Shown in pieces: positions 20,101 to 35,100 of a DNA stretch of 64,000 nucleotides. The stretch is from positions 186,001-250,000 of the forward strand of contig JAJCTO010000010.1 of the NCBI GenBank assembly GCA_046563655.1, given 5' to 3'. A program made the position numbers and the translations under genes. The DNA comes from Yuukianura sp. NJ FZ-2021 (lineage: Eukaryota). Under the pieces are notes generated by a model, which had not been told where the DNA came from, did no database searches, and saw only the letters and a list, made by a program, of their open reading frames with translations. The stretch's first letter is position 1, and each line of letters begins with the position of its first letter.

Positions 20101-23100
20101 AATTACCTCGAAATAGACTTTTTTAACGGAGAAAGTTGAAATCACTAATATCGCAAGTTTCATAAATTAAGCCAGTGATATAGATATCGTGACTTGCACG
20201 TTCCGAGGTCATTCTGTCAATGAAAGTTCATATTATTAACAAATGCTACATGAGTCCTCCTGGATGAAGAAAAATTACCTCGAAATAGACTTTTTTAACG
20301 GAGAAAATTGAAAGCACTAATCTGGCATCTTACAAAAATTAAGCGTAAACTGAACCCAGTGAGATAGATATCGTGACTTGCACGTTCCGAGGTCATTCTG
20401 TCAATTAAAGTTCATATTATTAACAAATGCTACATGAGTCCTCCTGGATGAAGAAAAATTACCTCGAAATAGACTTTTTTAACGGAGAAAATTGAAAGCA
20501 CTAATATGGCATCTTACAAAAATTAAGCGTCAACTGAACCCAGTGAGATAGATATCGTGACTTGCACGTTCCGAGGTCATTCTGTCAATTAAAGTTCATA
20601 TCATTAACAAATGCTACATGAGTCCTCCTGGATCAAGAAAAATTACCTCGAAATAGATTTTTTTAACGGAGAAAATTGAAAGCACTAATATGGCATCTTA
20701 CAAAAATTAAGTGTCAACTGAACCCAGTGAGATAGATATCGTGACTTGCACGTTCCGAGGTCATTCTGTCAATTAAAGTTCATCCCATTAACAAATGCTA
20801 CATGAGTCCTCTTGGATCAAGAAAAATTACCTCGAAATAGACTTTTTAACAGAGAAAGTTGAAAGCACTAATATCGCAAGTTTCATAAATTAAGCCAGTG
20901 ATATAGATATCGTGACTTGCACGTTCCGAGGTAATTCTGTCAATGAAAGTTCATATTATTAACAAATGCTACATGAGTCCTCCTGGATCAAGAAAAATTA
21001 CCTCGAAATAGATTTTATTAACGGAGAAAATTGAAAGCACTAATATGGCATCTTACAAAAATTAAGCGTCAACTGAACCCAGTGAGATAGATATCGTGAC
21101 TTGCACGTTCCGAGGTCATTCTGTCAATTAAAGTTCATATTATTAACAAATGCTACATGAGTCCTCCTGGATGAAGAAAAATTACCTCGAAATAGACTTT
21201 TTTAACGGAGAAAATTGAAAGCACTAATATGGCATCTTACAAAAATTAAGCGTCAACTGAACCCAGTGAGATAGATATCGTGACTTGCACGTTCCGAGGT
21301 CATTCTGTCAATTAAAGTTCATATCATTAACAAATGCTACATGAGTCCTCCTGGATCAAGAAAAATTACCTCGAAATAGATTTTTTTAACGGAGAAAATT
21401 GAAAGCACTAATATGGCATCTTACAAAAATTAAGTGTCAACTGAACCCAGTGAGATAGATATCGTGACTTGCACGTTCCGAGGTCATTCTGTCAATTAAA
21501 GTTCATCCCATTAACAAATGCTACATGAGTCCTCTTGGATCAAGAAAAATTACCTCGAAATAGACTTTTTTAACAGAGAAAGTTGAAAGCACTAATATCG
21601 CAAGTTTCATAAATTAAGCCAGTGATATAGATATCGTGACTTGCACGTTCCGAGGTCATTCTGTCAATGAAAGTTCATATCATTAACAAATGCTACATGA
21701 GTCCTCCTGGATCAAGAAAAATTACCTCGAAATAGATTTTTTTAACGGAGAAAATTGAAAGCACTAATATGGCATCTTACAAAAATTAAGTGTCAACTGA
21801 ACCCAGTGAGATAGATATCGTGACTTGCACGTTCCGAGGTCATTCTGTCAATTAAAGTTCATCCCATTAACAAATGCTACATGAGTCCTCTTGGATCAAG
21901 AAAAATTACCTCGAAATAGACTTTTTTAACAGAGAAAGTTGAAAGCACTAATATCGCAAGTTTCATAAATTAAGCCAGTGATATAGATATCGTGACTTGC
22001 ACGTTCCGAGGTCATTCTGTCAATGAAAGTTCATATTATTAACAAATGCTACATGAGTCCTCCTGGATCAAGAAAAATTACCTCGAAATAGATTTTATTA
22101 ACGGAGAAAATTGAAAGCACTAATATGGCATCTTACAAAAATTAAGCGTCAACTGAACCCAGTGAGATAGATATCGTGACTTGCACGTTCCGAGGTCATT
22201 CTGTCAATGAAAGTTCATATCATTAACAAATGCTACATGACTACTCCTGGATCAAGAAAAATTACCTCGAAATAGACTTTTTTAACGGAGAAAATTGAAA
22301 GCACTTATATGGCATCTTACAAAATTTAAGCGTCAACTTAACCCAGTGAGATAGATATCGTGACTTGCACGTTCCGAGGTCATTCTGTCAATGAAAGTTC
22401 ATATCATTAACAAATGCTACATGAGTCCTCTTGGATCAAGAAAAATTACCTCGAAATAGACTTTTTTAACGGAGAAAGTTGAAATCACTAATATCGCAAG
22501 TTTCATAAATTAAGCCAGTGATATAGATATCGTGACTTGCACGTTCCGAGGTCATTCTGTCAATGAAAGTTCATATTATTAACAAATGCTACATGAGTCC
22601 TCCTGGATGAAGAAAAATTACCTCGAAATAGACTTTTTTAACGGAGAAAATTGAAAGCACTAATCTGGCATCTTACAAAAATTAAGCGTAAACTGAACCC
22701 AGTGAGATAGATATCGTGACTTGCACGTTCCGAGGTCATTCTGTCAATTAAAGTTCATATTATTAACAAATGCTACATGAGTCCTCCTGGATGAAGAAAA
22801 ATTACCTCGAAATAGACTTTTTTAACGGAGAAAATTGAAAGCACTAATATGGCATCTTACAAAAATTAAGCGTCAACTGAACCCAGTGAGATAGATATCG
22901 TGACTTGCACGTTCCGAGGTCATTCTGTCAATTAAAGTTCATATCATTAACAAATGCTACATGAGTCCTCCTGGATCAAGAAAAATTACCTCGAAATAGA
23001 TTTTTTTAACGGAGAAAATTGAAAGCACTAATATGGCATCTTACAAAAATTAAGTGTCAACTGAACCCAGTGAGATAGATATCGTGACTTGCACGTTCCG

Positions 23101-26100
23101 AGGTCATTCTGTCAATTAAAGTTCATCCCATTAACAAATGCTACATGAGTCCTCTTGGATCAAGAAAAATTACCTCGAAATAGACTTTTTTAACAGAGAA
23201 AGTTGAAAGCACTAATATCGCAAGTTTCATAAATTAAGCCAGTGATATAGATATCGTGACTTGCACGTTCCGAGGTAATTCTGTCAATGAAAGTTCATAT
23301 TATTAACAAATGCTACATGAGTCCTCCTGGATCAAGAAAAATTACCTCGAAATAGATTTTATTAACGGAGAAAATTGAAAGCACTAATATGGCATCTTAC
23401 AAAAATTAAGCGTCAACTGAACCCAGTGAGATAGATATCGTGACTTGCACGTTCCGAGGTCATTCTGTCAATTAAAGTTCATATTATTAACAAATGCTAC
23501 ATGAGTCCTCCTGGATGAAGAAAAATTACCTCGAAATAGACTTTTTTAACGGAGAAAATTGAAAGCACTAATATGGCATCTTACAAAAATTAAGCGTCAA
23601 CTGAACCCAGTGAGATAGATATCGTGACTTGCACGTTCCGAGGTCATTCTGTCAATTAAAGTTCATATCATTAACAAATGCTACATGAGTCCTCCTGGAT
23701 CAAGAAAAATTACCTCGAAATAGATTTTTTTAACGGAGAAAATTGAAAGCACTAATATGGCATCTTACAAAAATTAAGTGTCAACTGAACCCAGTGAGAT
23801 AGATATCGTGACTTGCACGTTCCGAGGTCATTCTGTCAATTAAAGTTCATCCCATTAACAAATGCTACATGAGTCCTCTTGGATCAAGAAAAATTACCTC
23901 GAAATAGACTTTTTAACAGAGAAAGTTGAAAGCACTAATATCGCAAGTTTCATAAATTAAGCCAGTGATATAGATATCGTGACTTGCACGTTCCGAGGTC
24001 ATTCTGTCAATGAAAGTTCATATTATTAACAAATGCTACATGAGTCCTTCTGGATGAAGAAAAATTACCTCGAAATAGACTTTTTAACGGAGAAAATTGA
24101 AAGCACTAATATGGCATCTTACAAAGATTAAGCGTCAACTGAACCCAGTGAGATAGATATCGTGACTTGAACGTTCCGAGGTCATTCTGTCAATTAAAGT
24201 TCATATCATTAACAAATGCTACATGACTCCTCCTGGATCAAGAAAAATTACCTCGAAATAGACTTTTTAACGGAGAAAATTGAAAGCACTTATATGGCAT
24301 CTTACAAAATTTAAGCGTCAACTTAACCCAGTGAGATAGATATCGTGACTTGCACGTTCCGAGGTCATTCTGTCAATGAAAGTTCATATCATTAACAAAT
24401 GCTACATGAGTCCTCTTGGATCAAGAAAAACTACCTCGAAATAGACTTTTTTAACGGAGAAAATTGAAAGCACTAATCTGGCATCTTACAAAAATTAAGC
24501 GTAAACTGAACCCAGTGAGATAGATATCGTGACTTGCACGTTCCGAGGTCATTCTGTCAATTAAAGTTCATATTATTAACAAATGCTACATGAGTCCTCC
24601 TGGATCAAGAAAAATTACCTCGAAATAGATTTTTTTAACGGAGAAAATTGAAAGCACTAATATGGCATCTTACAAAAATTAAGTGTCAACTGAACCCAGT
24701 GAGATAGATATCGTGACTTGCACGTTCCGAGGTCATTCTGTCAATTAAAGTTCATCCCATTAACAAATGCTACATGAGTCCTCTTGGATCAAGAAAAATT
24801 ACCTCGAAATAGACTTTTTTAACGGAGAAAATTGAAAGCACTAATATGGCATCTTACAAAAATTAAGCGTCAACTGAACCCAGTGAGATAGATATCGTGA
24901 CTTGCACGTTCCGAGGTCATTCTGTCAATTAAAGTTCATATCATTAACAAATGCTACATGAGTCCTCCTGGATCAAGAAAAATTACCTCGAAATAGATTT
25001 TTTTAACGGAGAAAATTGAAAGCACTAATATGGCATCTTACAAAAATTAAGTGTCAACTGAACCCAGTGAGATAGATATCGTGACTTGCACGTTCCGAGG
25101 TCATTCTGTCAATTAAAGTTCATCCCATTAACAAATGCTACATGAGTCCTCTTGGATCAAGAAAAATTACCTCGAAATAGACTTTTTTAACAGAGAAAGT
25201 TGAAAGCACTAATATCGCAAGTTTCATAAATTAAGCCAGTGATATAGATATCGTGACTTGCACGTTCCGAGGTCATTCTGTCAATGAAAGTTCATATTAT
25301 TAACAAATGCTACATGAGTCCTCCTGGATCAAGAAAAATTACCTCGAAATAGATTTTATTAACGGAGAAAATTGAAAGCACTAATATGGCATCTTACAAA
25401 AATTAAGCGTCAACTGAACCCAGTGAGATAGATATCGTGACTTGCACGTTCCGAGGTCATTCTGTCAATGAAAGTTCATATCATTAACAAATGCTACATG
25501 ACTACTCCTGGATCAAGAAAAATTACCTCGAAATAGACTTTTTTAACGGAGAAAATTGAAAGCACTTATGGCATCTTACAAAATTTAAGCGTCAACTTAA
25601 CCCAGTGAGATAGATATCGTGACTTGCACGTTCCGAGGTCATTCTGTCAATGAAAGTTCATATCATTAACAAATGCTACATGAGTCCTCTTGGATCAAGA
25701 AAAATTACCTCGAAATAGACTTTTTTAACGGAGAAAGTTGAAAGCACTAATATCGCAAGTTTCATAAATTAAGCCAGTGATATAGATATCGTGACTTGCA
25801 CGTTCCGAGGTAATTCTGTCAATGAAAGTTCATATTATTAACAAATGCTACATGAGTCCTCCTGGATCAAGAAAAATTACCTCGAAATAGATTTTATTAA
25901 CGGAGAAAATTGAAAGCACTAATATGGCATCTTACAAAAATTAAGCGTCAACTGAACCCAGTGAGATAGATATCGTGACTTGCACGTTCCGAGGTCATTC
26001 TGTCAATTAAAGTTCATATTATTAACAAATGCTACATGAGTCCTCCTGGATGAAGAAAAATTACCTCGAAATAGACTTTTTTAACGGAGAAAATTGAAAG

Positions 26101-29100
26101 CACTAATATGGCATCTTACAAAAATTAAGCGTCAACTGAACCCAGTGAGATAGATATCGTGACTTGCACGTTCCGAGGTCATTCTGTCAATTAAAGTTCA
26201 TATCATTAACAAATGCTACATGAGTCCTCCTGGATCAAGAAAAATTACCTCGAAATAGATTTTTTTAACGGAGAAAATTGAAAGCACTAATATGGCATCT
26301 TACAAAAATTAAGTGTCAACTGAACCCAGTGAGATAGATATCGTGACTTGCACGTTCCGAGGTCATTCTGTCAATTAAAGTTCATCCCATTAACAAATGC
26401 TACATGAGTCCTCTTGGATCAAGAAAAATTACCTCGAAATAGACTTTTTTAACAGAGAAAGTTGAAAGCACTAATATCGCAAGTTTCATAAATTAAGCCA
26501 GTGATATAGATATCGTGACTTGCACGTTCCGAGGTCATTCTGTCAATGAAAGTTCATATTATTAACAAATGCTACATGAGTCCTCCTGGATCAAGAAAAA
26601 TTACCTCGAAATAGATTTTATTAACGGAGAAAATTGAAAGCACTAATATGGCATCTTACAAAAATTAAGCGTCAACTGAACCCAGTGAGATAGATATCGT
26701 GACTTGCACGTTCCGAGGTCATTCTGTCAATGAAAGTTCATATCATTAACAAATGCTACATGACTACTCCTGGATCAAGAAAAATTACCTCGAAATAGAC
26801 TTTTTTAACGGAGAAAATTGAAAGCACTTATATGGCATCTTACAAAATTTAAGCGTCAACTTAACCCAGTGAGATAGATATCGTGACTTGCACGTTCCGA
26901 GGTCATTCTGTCAATGAAAGTTCATATCATTAACAAATGCTACATGAGTCCTCTTGGATCAAGAAAAATTACCTCGAAATAGACTTTTTTAACGGAGAAA
27001 GTTGAAATCACTAATATCGCAAGTCTCATAAATTAAGCCAGTGATATAGATATCGTGACTTGCACGTTCCGAGGTCATTCTGTCAATGAAAGTTCATATT
27101 ATTAACAAATGCTACATGAGTCCTCCTGGATGAAGAAAAATTACCTCGAAATAGACTTTTTTAACGGAGAAAATTGAAAGCACTAATCTGGCATCTTACA
27201 AAAATTAAGCGTAAACTGAACCCAGTGAGATAGATATCGTGACTTGCACGTTCCGAGGTCATTCTGTCAATTAAAGTTCATATTATTAACAAATGCTACA
27301 TGAGTCCTCCTGGATGAAGAAAAATTACCTCGAAATAGACTTTTTTAACGGAGAAAATTGAAAGCACTAATATGGCATCTTACAAAAATTAAGCGTCAAC
27401 TGAACCCAGTGAGATAGATATCGTGACTTGCACGTTCCGAGGTCATTCTGTCAATTAAAGTTCATATCATTAACAAATGCTACATGAGTCCTCCTGGATC
27501 AAGAAAAATTACCTCGAAATAGATTTTTTTAACGGAGAAAATTGAAAGCACTAATATGGCATCTTACAAAAATTAAGTGTCAACTGAACCCAGTGAGATA
27601 GATATCGTGACTTGCACGTTCCGAGGTCATTCTGTCAATTAAAGTTCATCCCATTAACAAATGCTACATGAGTCCTCTTGGATCAAGAAAAATTACCTCG
27701 AAATAGACTTTTTTAACAGAGAAAGTTGAAAGCACTAATATCGCAAGTTTCATAAATTAAGCCAGTGATATAGATATCGTGACTTGCACGTTCCGAGGTA
27801 ATTCTGTCAATGAAAGTTCATATTATTAACAAATGCTACATGAGTCCTCCTGGATCAAGAAAAATTACCTCGAAATAGATTTTATTAACGGAGAAAATTG
27901 AAAGCACTAATATGGCATCTTACAAAAATTAAGCGTCAACTGAACCCAGTGAGATAGATATCGTGACTTGCACGTTCCGAGGTCATTCTGTCAATTAAAG
28001 TTCATATTATTAACAAATGCTACATGAGTCCTCCTGGATGAAGAAAAATTACCTCGAAATAGACTTTTTTAACGGAGAAAATTGAAAGCACTAATATGGC
28101 ATCTTACAAAAATTAAGCGTCAACTGAACCCAGTGAGATAGATATCGTGACTTGCACGTTCCGAGGTCATTCTGTCAATTAAAGTTCATATCATTAACAA
28201 ATGCTACATGAGTCCTCCTGGATCAAGAAAAATTACCTCGAAATAGATTTTTTTAACGGAGAAAATTGAAAGCACTAATATGGCATCTTACAAAAATTAA
28301 GTGTCAACTGAACCCAGTGAGATAGATATCGTGACTTGCACGTTCCGAGGTCATTCTGTCAATTAAAGTTCATCCCATTAACAAATGCTACATGAGTCCT
28401 CTTGGATCAAGAAAAATTACCTCGAAATAGACTTTTTTAACAGAGAAAGTTGAAAGCACTAATATCGCAAGTTTCATAAATTAAGCCAGTGATATAGATA
28501 TCGTGACTTGCACGTTCCGAGGTCATTCTGTCAATGAAAGTTCATATTATTAACAAATGCTACATGAGTCCTTCTGGATGAAGAAAAATTACCTCGAAAT
28601 AGACTTTTTTAACGGAGAAAATTGAAAGCACTAATATGGCATCTTACAAAGATTAAGCGTCAACTGAACCCAGTGAGATAGATATCGTGACTTGAACGTT
28701 CCGAGGTCATTCTGTCAATTAAAGTTCATATCATTAACAAATGCTACATGACTCCTCCTGGATCAAGAAAAATTACCTCGAAATAGACTTTTTTAACGGA
28801 GAAAATTGAAAGCACTTATATGGCATCTTACAAAATTTAAGCGTCAACTTAACCCAGTGAGATAGATATCGTGACTTGCACGTTCCGAGGTCATTCTGTC
28901 AATGAAAGTTCATATCATTAACAAATGCTACATGAGTCCTCTTGGATCAAGAAAAATTACCTCGAAATAGACTTTTTTAACGGAGAAAGTTGAAATCACT
29001 AATATCGCAAGTTTCATAAATTAAGCCAGTGATATAGATATCGTGACTTGCACGTTCCGAGGTCATTCTGTCAATGAAAGTTCATATTATTAACAAATGC

Positions 29101-32100
29101 TACATGAGTCCTCCTGGATGAAGAAAAATTACCTCGAAATAGACTTTTTTAACGGAGAAAATTGAAAGCACTAATCTCGCATCTTACAAAAATTAAGCGT
29201 CAACTGAACCCAGTGAGATAGATATCGTGACTTGCACGTTCCGCGGTCATTCTGTCAATTAAAGTTCATATTATTAACAAATGCTACATGAGTCCTCCTG
29301 GATGAAGAAAAATTACCTCGAAATAGACTTTTTTAACGGAGAAAATTGAAAGCACTAATATGGCATCTTACAAAAATTAAGCGTCAACTGAACCCAGTGA
29401 GATAGATATCGTGACTTGCACGTTCCGAGGTCATTCTGTCAATTAAAGTTCATATCATTAACAAATGCTACATGAGTCCTCCTGGATCAAGAAAAATTAC
29501 CTCGAAATAGATTTTTTTAACGGAGAAAATTGAAAGCACTAATATGGCATCTTACAAAAATTAAGTGTCAACTGAACCCAGTGAGATAGATATCGTGACT
29601 TGCACGTTCCGAGGTCATTCTGTCAATTAAAGTTCATCCCATTAACAAATGCTACATGAGTCCTCTTGGATCAAGAAAAATTACCTCGAAATAGACTTTT
29701 TTAACAGAGAAAGTTGAAAGCACTAATATCGCAAGTTTCATAAATTAAGCCAGTGATATAGATATCGTGACTTGCACGTTCCGAGGTCATTCTGTCAATG
29801 AAAGTTCATATTATTAACAAATGCTACATGAGTCCTCCTGGATGAAGAAAAATTACCTCGAAATAGACTTTTTTAACGGAGAAAATTGAAAGCACTAATA
29901 TGGCATCTTACAAAGATTAAGCGTCAACTGAACCCAGTGAGATAGATATCGTGACTTGAACGTTCCGAGGTCATTCTGTCAATTAAAGTTCATATCATTA
30001 ACAAATGCTACATGACTCCTCCTGGATCAAGAAAAATTACCTCGAAATAGACTTTTTTAACGGAGAAAATTGAAAGCACTTATATGGCATCTTACAAAAA
30101 TTAAGCGTCAACTTAACCCAGTGAGATAGATATCGTGACTTGCACGTTCCGAGGTCATTCTGTCAATGAAAGTTCATATCATTAACAAATGCTACATGAG
30201 TCCTCTTGGATCAAGAAAAATTACCTCGAAATAGACTTTTTAACGGAGAAAGTTGAAATCACTAATATCGCAAGTTTCATAAATTAAGCCAGTGATATAG
30301 ATATCGTGACTTGCACGTTCCGAGGTCATTCTGTCAATGAAAGTTCATATTATTAACAAATGCTACATGAGTCCTCCTGGATGAAGAAAAATTACCTCGA
30401 AATAGACTTTTTTAACGGAGAAAATTGAAAGCACTAATCTCGCATCTTACAAAAATTAAGCGTCAACTGAACCCAGTGAGATAGATATCGTGACTTGCAC
30501 GTTCCGCGGTCATTCTGTCAATTAAAGTTCATATTATTAACAAATGCTACATGAGTCCTCCTGGATGAAGAAAAATTACCTCGAAATAGACTTTTTAACG
30601 GAGAAAATTGAAAGCACTAATATGGCATCTTACAAAAATTAAGCGTCAACTGAACCCAGTGAGATAGATATCGTGACTTGCACGTTCCGAGGTCATTCTG
30701 TCAATTAAAGTTCATATCATTAACAAATGCTACATGAGTCCTCCTGGATCAAGAAAAATTACCTCGAAATAGATTTTTTTAACGGAGAAAATTGAAAGCA
30801 CTAATATGGCATCTTACAAAAATTAAGTGTCAACTGAACCCAGTGAGATAGATATCGTGACTTGCACGTTCCGAGGTCATTCTGTCAATTAAAGTTCATC
30901 CCATTAACAAATGCTACATGAGTCCTCTTGGATCAAGAAAAATTACCTCGAAATAGACTTTTTTAACAGAGAAAGTTGAAAGCACTAATATCGCAAGTTT
31001 CATAAATTAAGCCAGTGATATAGATATCGTGACTTGCACGTTCCGAGGTCATTCTGTCAATGAAAGTTCATATTATTAACAAATGCTACATGAGTCCTCC
31101 TGGATGAAGAAAAATTACCTCGAAATAGACTTTTTTAACGGAGAAAATTGAAACCACTAATATGGCATCTTACAAAGATTAAGCGTCAACTGAACCCAGT
31201 GAGATAGATATCGTGACTTGAACGTTCCGAGGTCATTCTGTCAATTAAAGTTCATATCATTAACAAATGCTACATGACTCCTCCTGGATCAAGAAAAATT
31301 ACCTCGAAATAGATTTTATTAACGGAGAAAATTGAAAGCACTAATATGGCATCTTACAAAAATTAAGCGTCAACTGAACCCAGTGAGATAGATATCGTGA
31401 CTTGCACGTTCCGAGGTCATTCTGTCAATGAAAGTTTATATCATTAACAAATGCTACATGAGTCCTCTTGGATCAAGAAAAATTACCTCGAAATAGACTT
31501 TTTTAACAGAGAAAGTTGAAAGCACTAATATCGCAAGTTTCATAAATCAAGCCAGTGATATAGATATCGTGACTTGCACGTTCCGAGGTCATTCTGTCAA
31601 TGAAAGTTCATATTATTAACAAATGCTACATGAGTCCTCCTGGATCAAGAAAAATTACCTCGAAATAGATTTTATTAACGGAGAAAATTGAAAGCACTAA
31701 TATGGCATCTTACAAAAATTAAGCGTCAACTGAACCCAGTGAGATAGATATCGTGACTTGCACGTTCCGAGGTCATTCTGTCAATTAAAGTTCATATCAT
31801 TAACAAATGCTACATGAGTCCTCCTGGATCAAGAAAAATTACCTCGAAATAGATTTTATTAACGGAGAAAATTGAAAGCACTAATATGGCATCTTACAAA
31901 AATTAAGCGTCAACTGAACCCAGTGAGATAGATATCGTGACTTGCACGTTCCGAGGTCATTCTGTCAATGAAAGTTCATACCATTAACAAATGCTACATG
32001 AGTCCTCTTGGATCAAGAAAAATTACCTCGAAATAGACTTTTTTAACAGAGAAAGTTGAAAGCACTAATATCGCAAGTTTCATAAATCAAGCCAGTGATA

Positions 32101-35100
32101 TAGATATCGTGACTTGCACGTTCCGAGGTCATTCTGTCAATGAAAGTTCATATTATTAACAAATGCTACATGAGTCCTCCTGGATCAAGAAAAATTACCT
32201 CGAAATAGATTTTTTTAATGGAGAAAATTGAAAGCACTAATATGGCATCTTACAAAAATTAAGTGTCAACTGAACCCAGTGAGATAGATATCGTGACTTG
32301 CACGTTCCGAGGTCATTCTGTCAATTAAAGTTCATCCCATTAACAAATGCTACATGAGTCCTCTTGGATCAAGAAAAATTACCTCGAAATAGACTTTTTT
32401 AACAGAGAAAGTTGAAAGCACTAATATCGCAAGTTTCATAAATTAAGCCAGTGATATAGATATCGTGACTTGCACGTTCCGCGGTCATTCTGTCAATTAA
32501 AGTTCATATTATTAACAAATGCTACATGAGTCCTCCTGGATGAAGAAAAATTACCTCGAAATAGACTTTTTTAACGGAGAAAATTGAAAGCACTAATATG
32601 GCATCTTACAAAAATTAAGCGTCAACTGAACCCAGTGAGATAGATATCGTGACTTGCACGTTCCGAGGTCATTCTGTCAATTAAAGTTCATATCATTAAC
32701 AAATGCTACATGAGTCCTCCTGGATCAAGAAAAATTACCTCGAAATAGATTTTTTTAACGGAGAAAATTGAAAGCACTAATATGGCATCTTACAAAAATT
32801 AAGTGTCAACTGAACCCAGTGAGATAGATATCGTGACTTGCACGTTCCGAGGTCATTCTGTCAATTAAAGTTCATCCCATTAACAAATGCTACATGAGTC
32901 CTCTTGGATCAAGAAAAATTACCTCGAAATAGACTTTTTTAACAGAAAGTTGAAAGCACTAATATCGCAAGTTTCATAAATTAAGCCAGTGATATAGATA
33001 TCGTGACTTGCACGTTCCGAGGTCATTCTGTCAATGAAAGTTCATATTATTAACAAATGCTACATGAGTCCTCCTGGATGAAGAAAAATTACCTCGAAAT
33101 AGACTTTTTTAACGGAGAAAATTGAAAGCACTAATATGGCATCTTACAAAGATTAAGCGTCAACTGAACCCAGTGAGATAGATATCGTGACTTGAACGTT
33201 CCGAGGTCATTCTGTCAATTAAAGTTCATATCATTAACAAATGCTACATGACTCCTCCTGGATCAAGAAAAATTACCTCGAAATAGATTTTATTAACGGA
33301 GAAAATTGAAAGCACTAATATGGCATCTTACAAAAATTAAGCGTCAACTGAACCCAGTGAGATAGATATCGTGACTTGCACGTTCCGAGGTCATTCTGTC
33401 AATGAAAGTTTATATCATTAACAAATGCTACATGAGTCCTCTTGGATCAAGAAAAATTACCTCGAAATAGACTTTTTTAACAGAGAAAGTTGAAAGCACT
33501 AATATCGCAAGTTTCATAAATCAAGCCAGTGATATAGATATCGTGACTTGCACGTTCCGAGGTCATTCTGTCAATGAAAGTTCATATTATTAACAAATGC
33601 TACATGAGTCCTCCTGGATCAAGAAAAATTACCTCGAAATAGATTTTATTAACGGAGAAAATTGAAAGCACTAATATGGCATCTTACAAAAATTAAGCGT
33701 CAACTGAACCCAGTGAGATAGATATCGTGACTTGCACGTTCCGAGGTCATTCTGTCAATTAAAGTTCATATCATTAACAAATGCTACATGAGTCCTCCTG
33801 GATCAAGAAAAATTACCTCGAAATAGATTTTATTAACGGAGAAAATTGAAAGCACTAATATGGCATCTTACAAAAATTAAGCGTCAACTGAACCCAGTGA
33901 GATAGATATCGTGACTTGCACGTTCCGAGGTCATTCTGTCAATGAAAGTTCATACCATTAACAAATGCTACATGAGTCCTCTTGGATCAAGAAAAATTAC
34001 CTCGAAATAGACTTTTTTAACAGAGAAAGTTGAAAGCACTAATATCGCAAGTTTCATAAATCAAGCCAGTGATATAGATATCGTGACTTGCACGTTCCGA
34101 GGTCATTCTGTCAATGAAAGTTCATATTATTAACAAATGCTACATGAGTCCTCCTGGATCAAGAAAAATTACCTCGAAATAGATTTTTTTAATGGAGAAA
34201 ATTGAAAGCACTAATATGGCATCTTACAAAAATTAAGTGTCAACTGAACCCAGTGAGATAGATATCGTGACTTGCACGTTCCGAGGTCATTCTGTCAATT
34301 AAAGTTCATCCCATTAACAAATGCTACATGAGTCCTCTTGGATCAAGAAAAATTACCTCGAAATAGACTTTTTTAACAGAGAAAGTTGAAAGCACTAATA
34401 TCGCAAGTTTCATAAATTAAGCCAGTGATATAGATATCGTGACTTGCACGTTCCGAGGTCATTCTGTCAATGAAAGTTCATATTATTAACAAATGCTACA
34501 TGAGTCCTCCTGGATGAAGAAAAATTACCTCGAAATAGACTTTTTTAACGGAGAAAATTGAAAGCACTAATATGGCATCTTACAAAGATTAAGCGTCAAC
34601 TGAACCCAGTGAGATAGATATCGTGACTTGCACGTTCCGAGGTCATTCTGTCAATGAAAGTTCATATCATTAACAAATGCTACATGAGTCCTCTTGGATC
34701 AAGAAAAATTACCTCGAAATAGACTTTTTTAACAGAGAAAGTTGAAAGCACTAATATCGCAAGTTTCATAAATCAAGCCAGTGATATAGATATCGTGACT
34801 TGCACGTTCCGAGGTCATTCTGTCAATGAAAGTTCATATTATTAACAAATGCTACATGAGTCCTCCTGGATCAAGAAAAATTACCTCGAAATAGATTTTA
34901 TTAACGGAGAAAATTGAAAGCACTAATATGGCATCTTACAAAAATTAAGCGTCAACTGAACCCAGTGAGATAGATATCGTGACTTGCACGTTCCGAGGTC
35001 ATTCTGTCAATTAAAGTTCATATCATTAACAAATGCTACATGAGTCCTCCTGGATCAAGAAAAATTACCTCGAAATAGATTTTATTAACGGAGAAAATTG

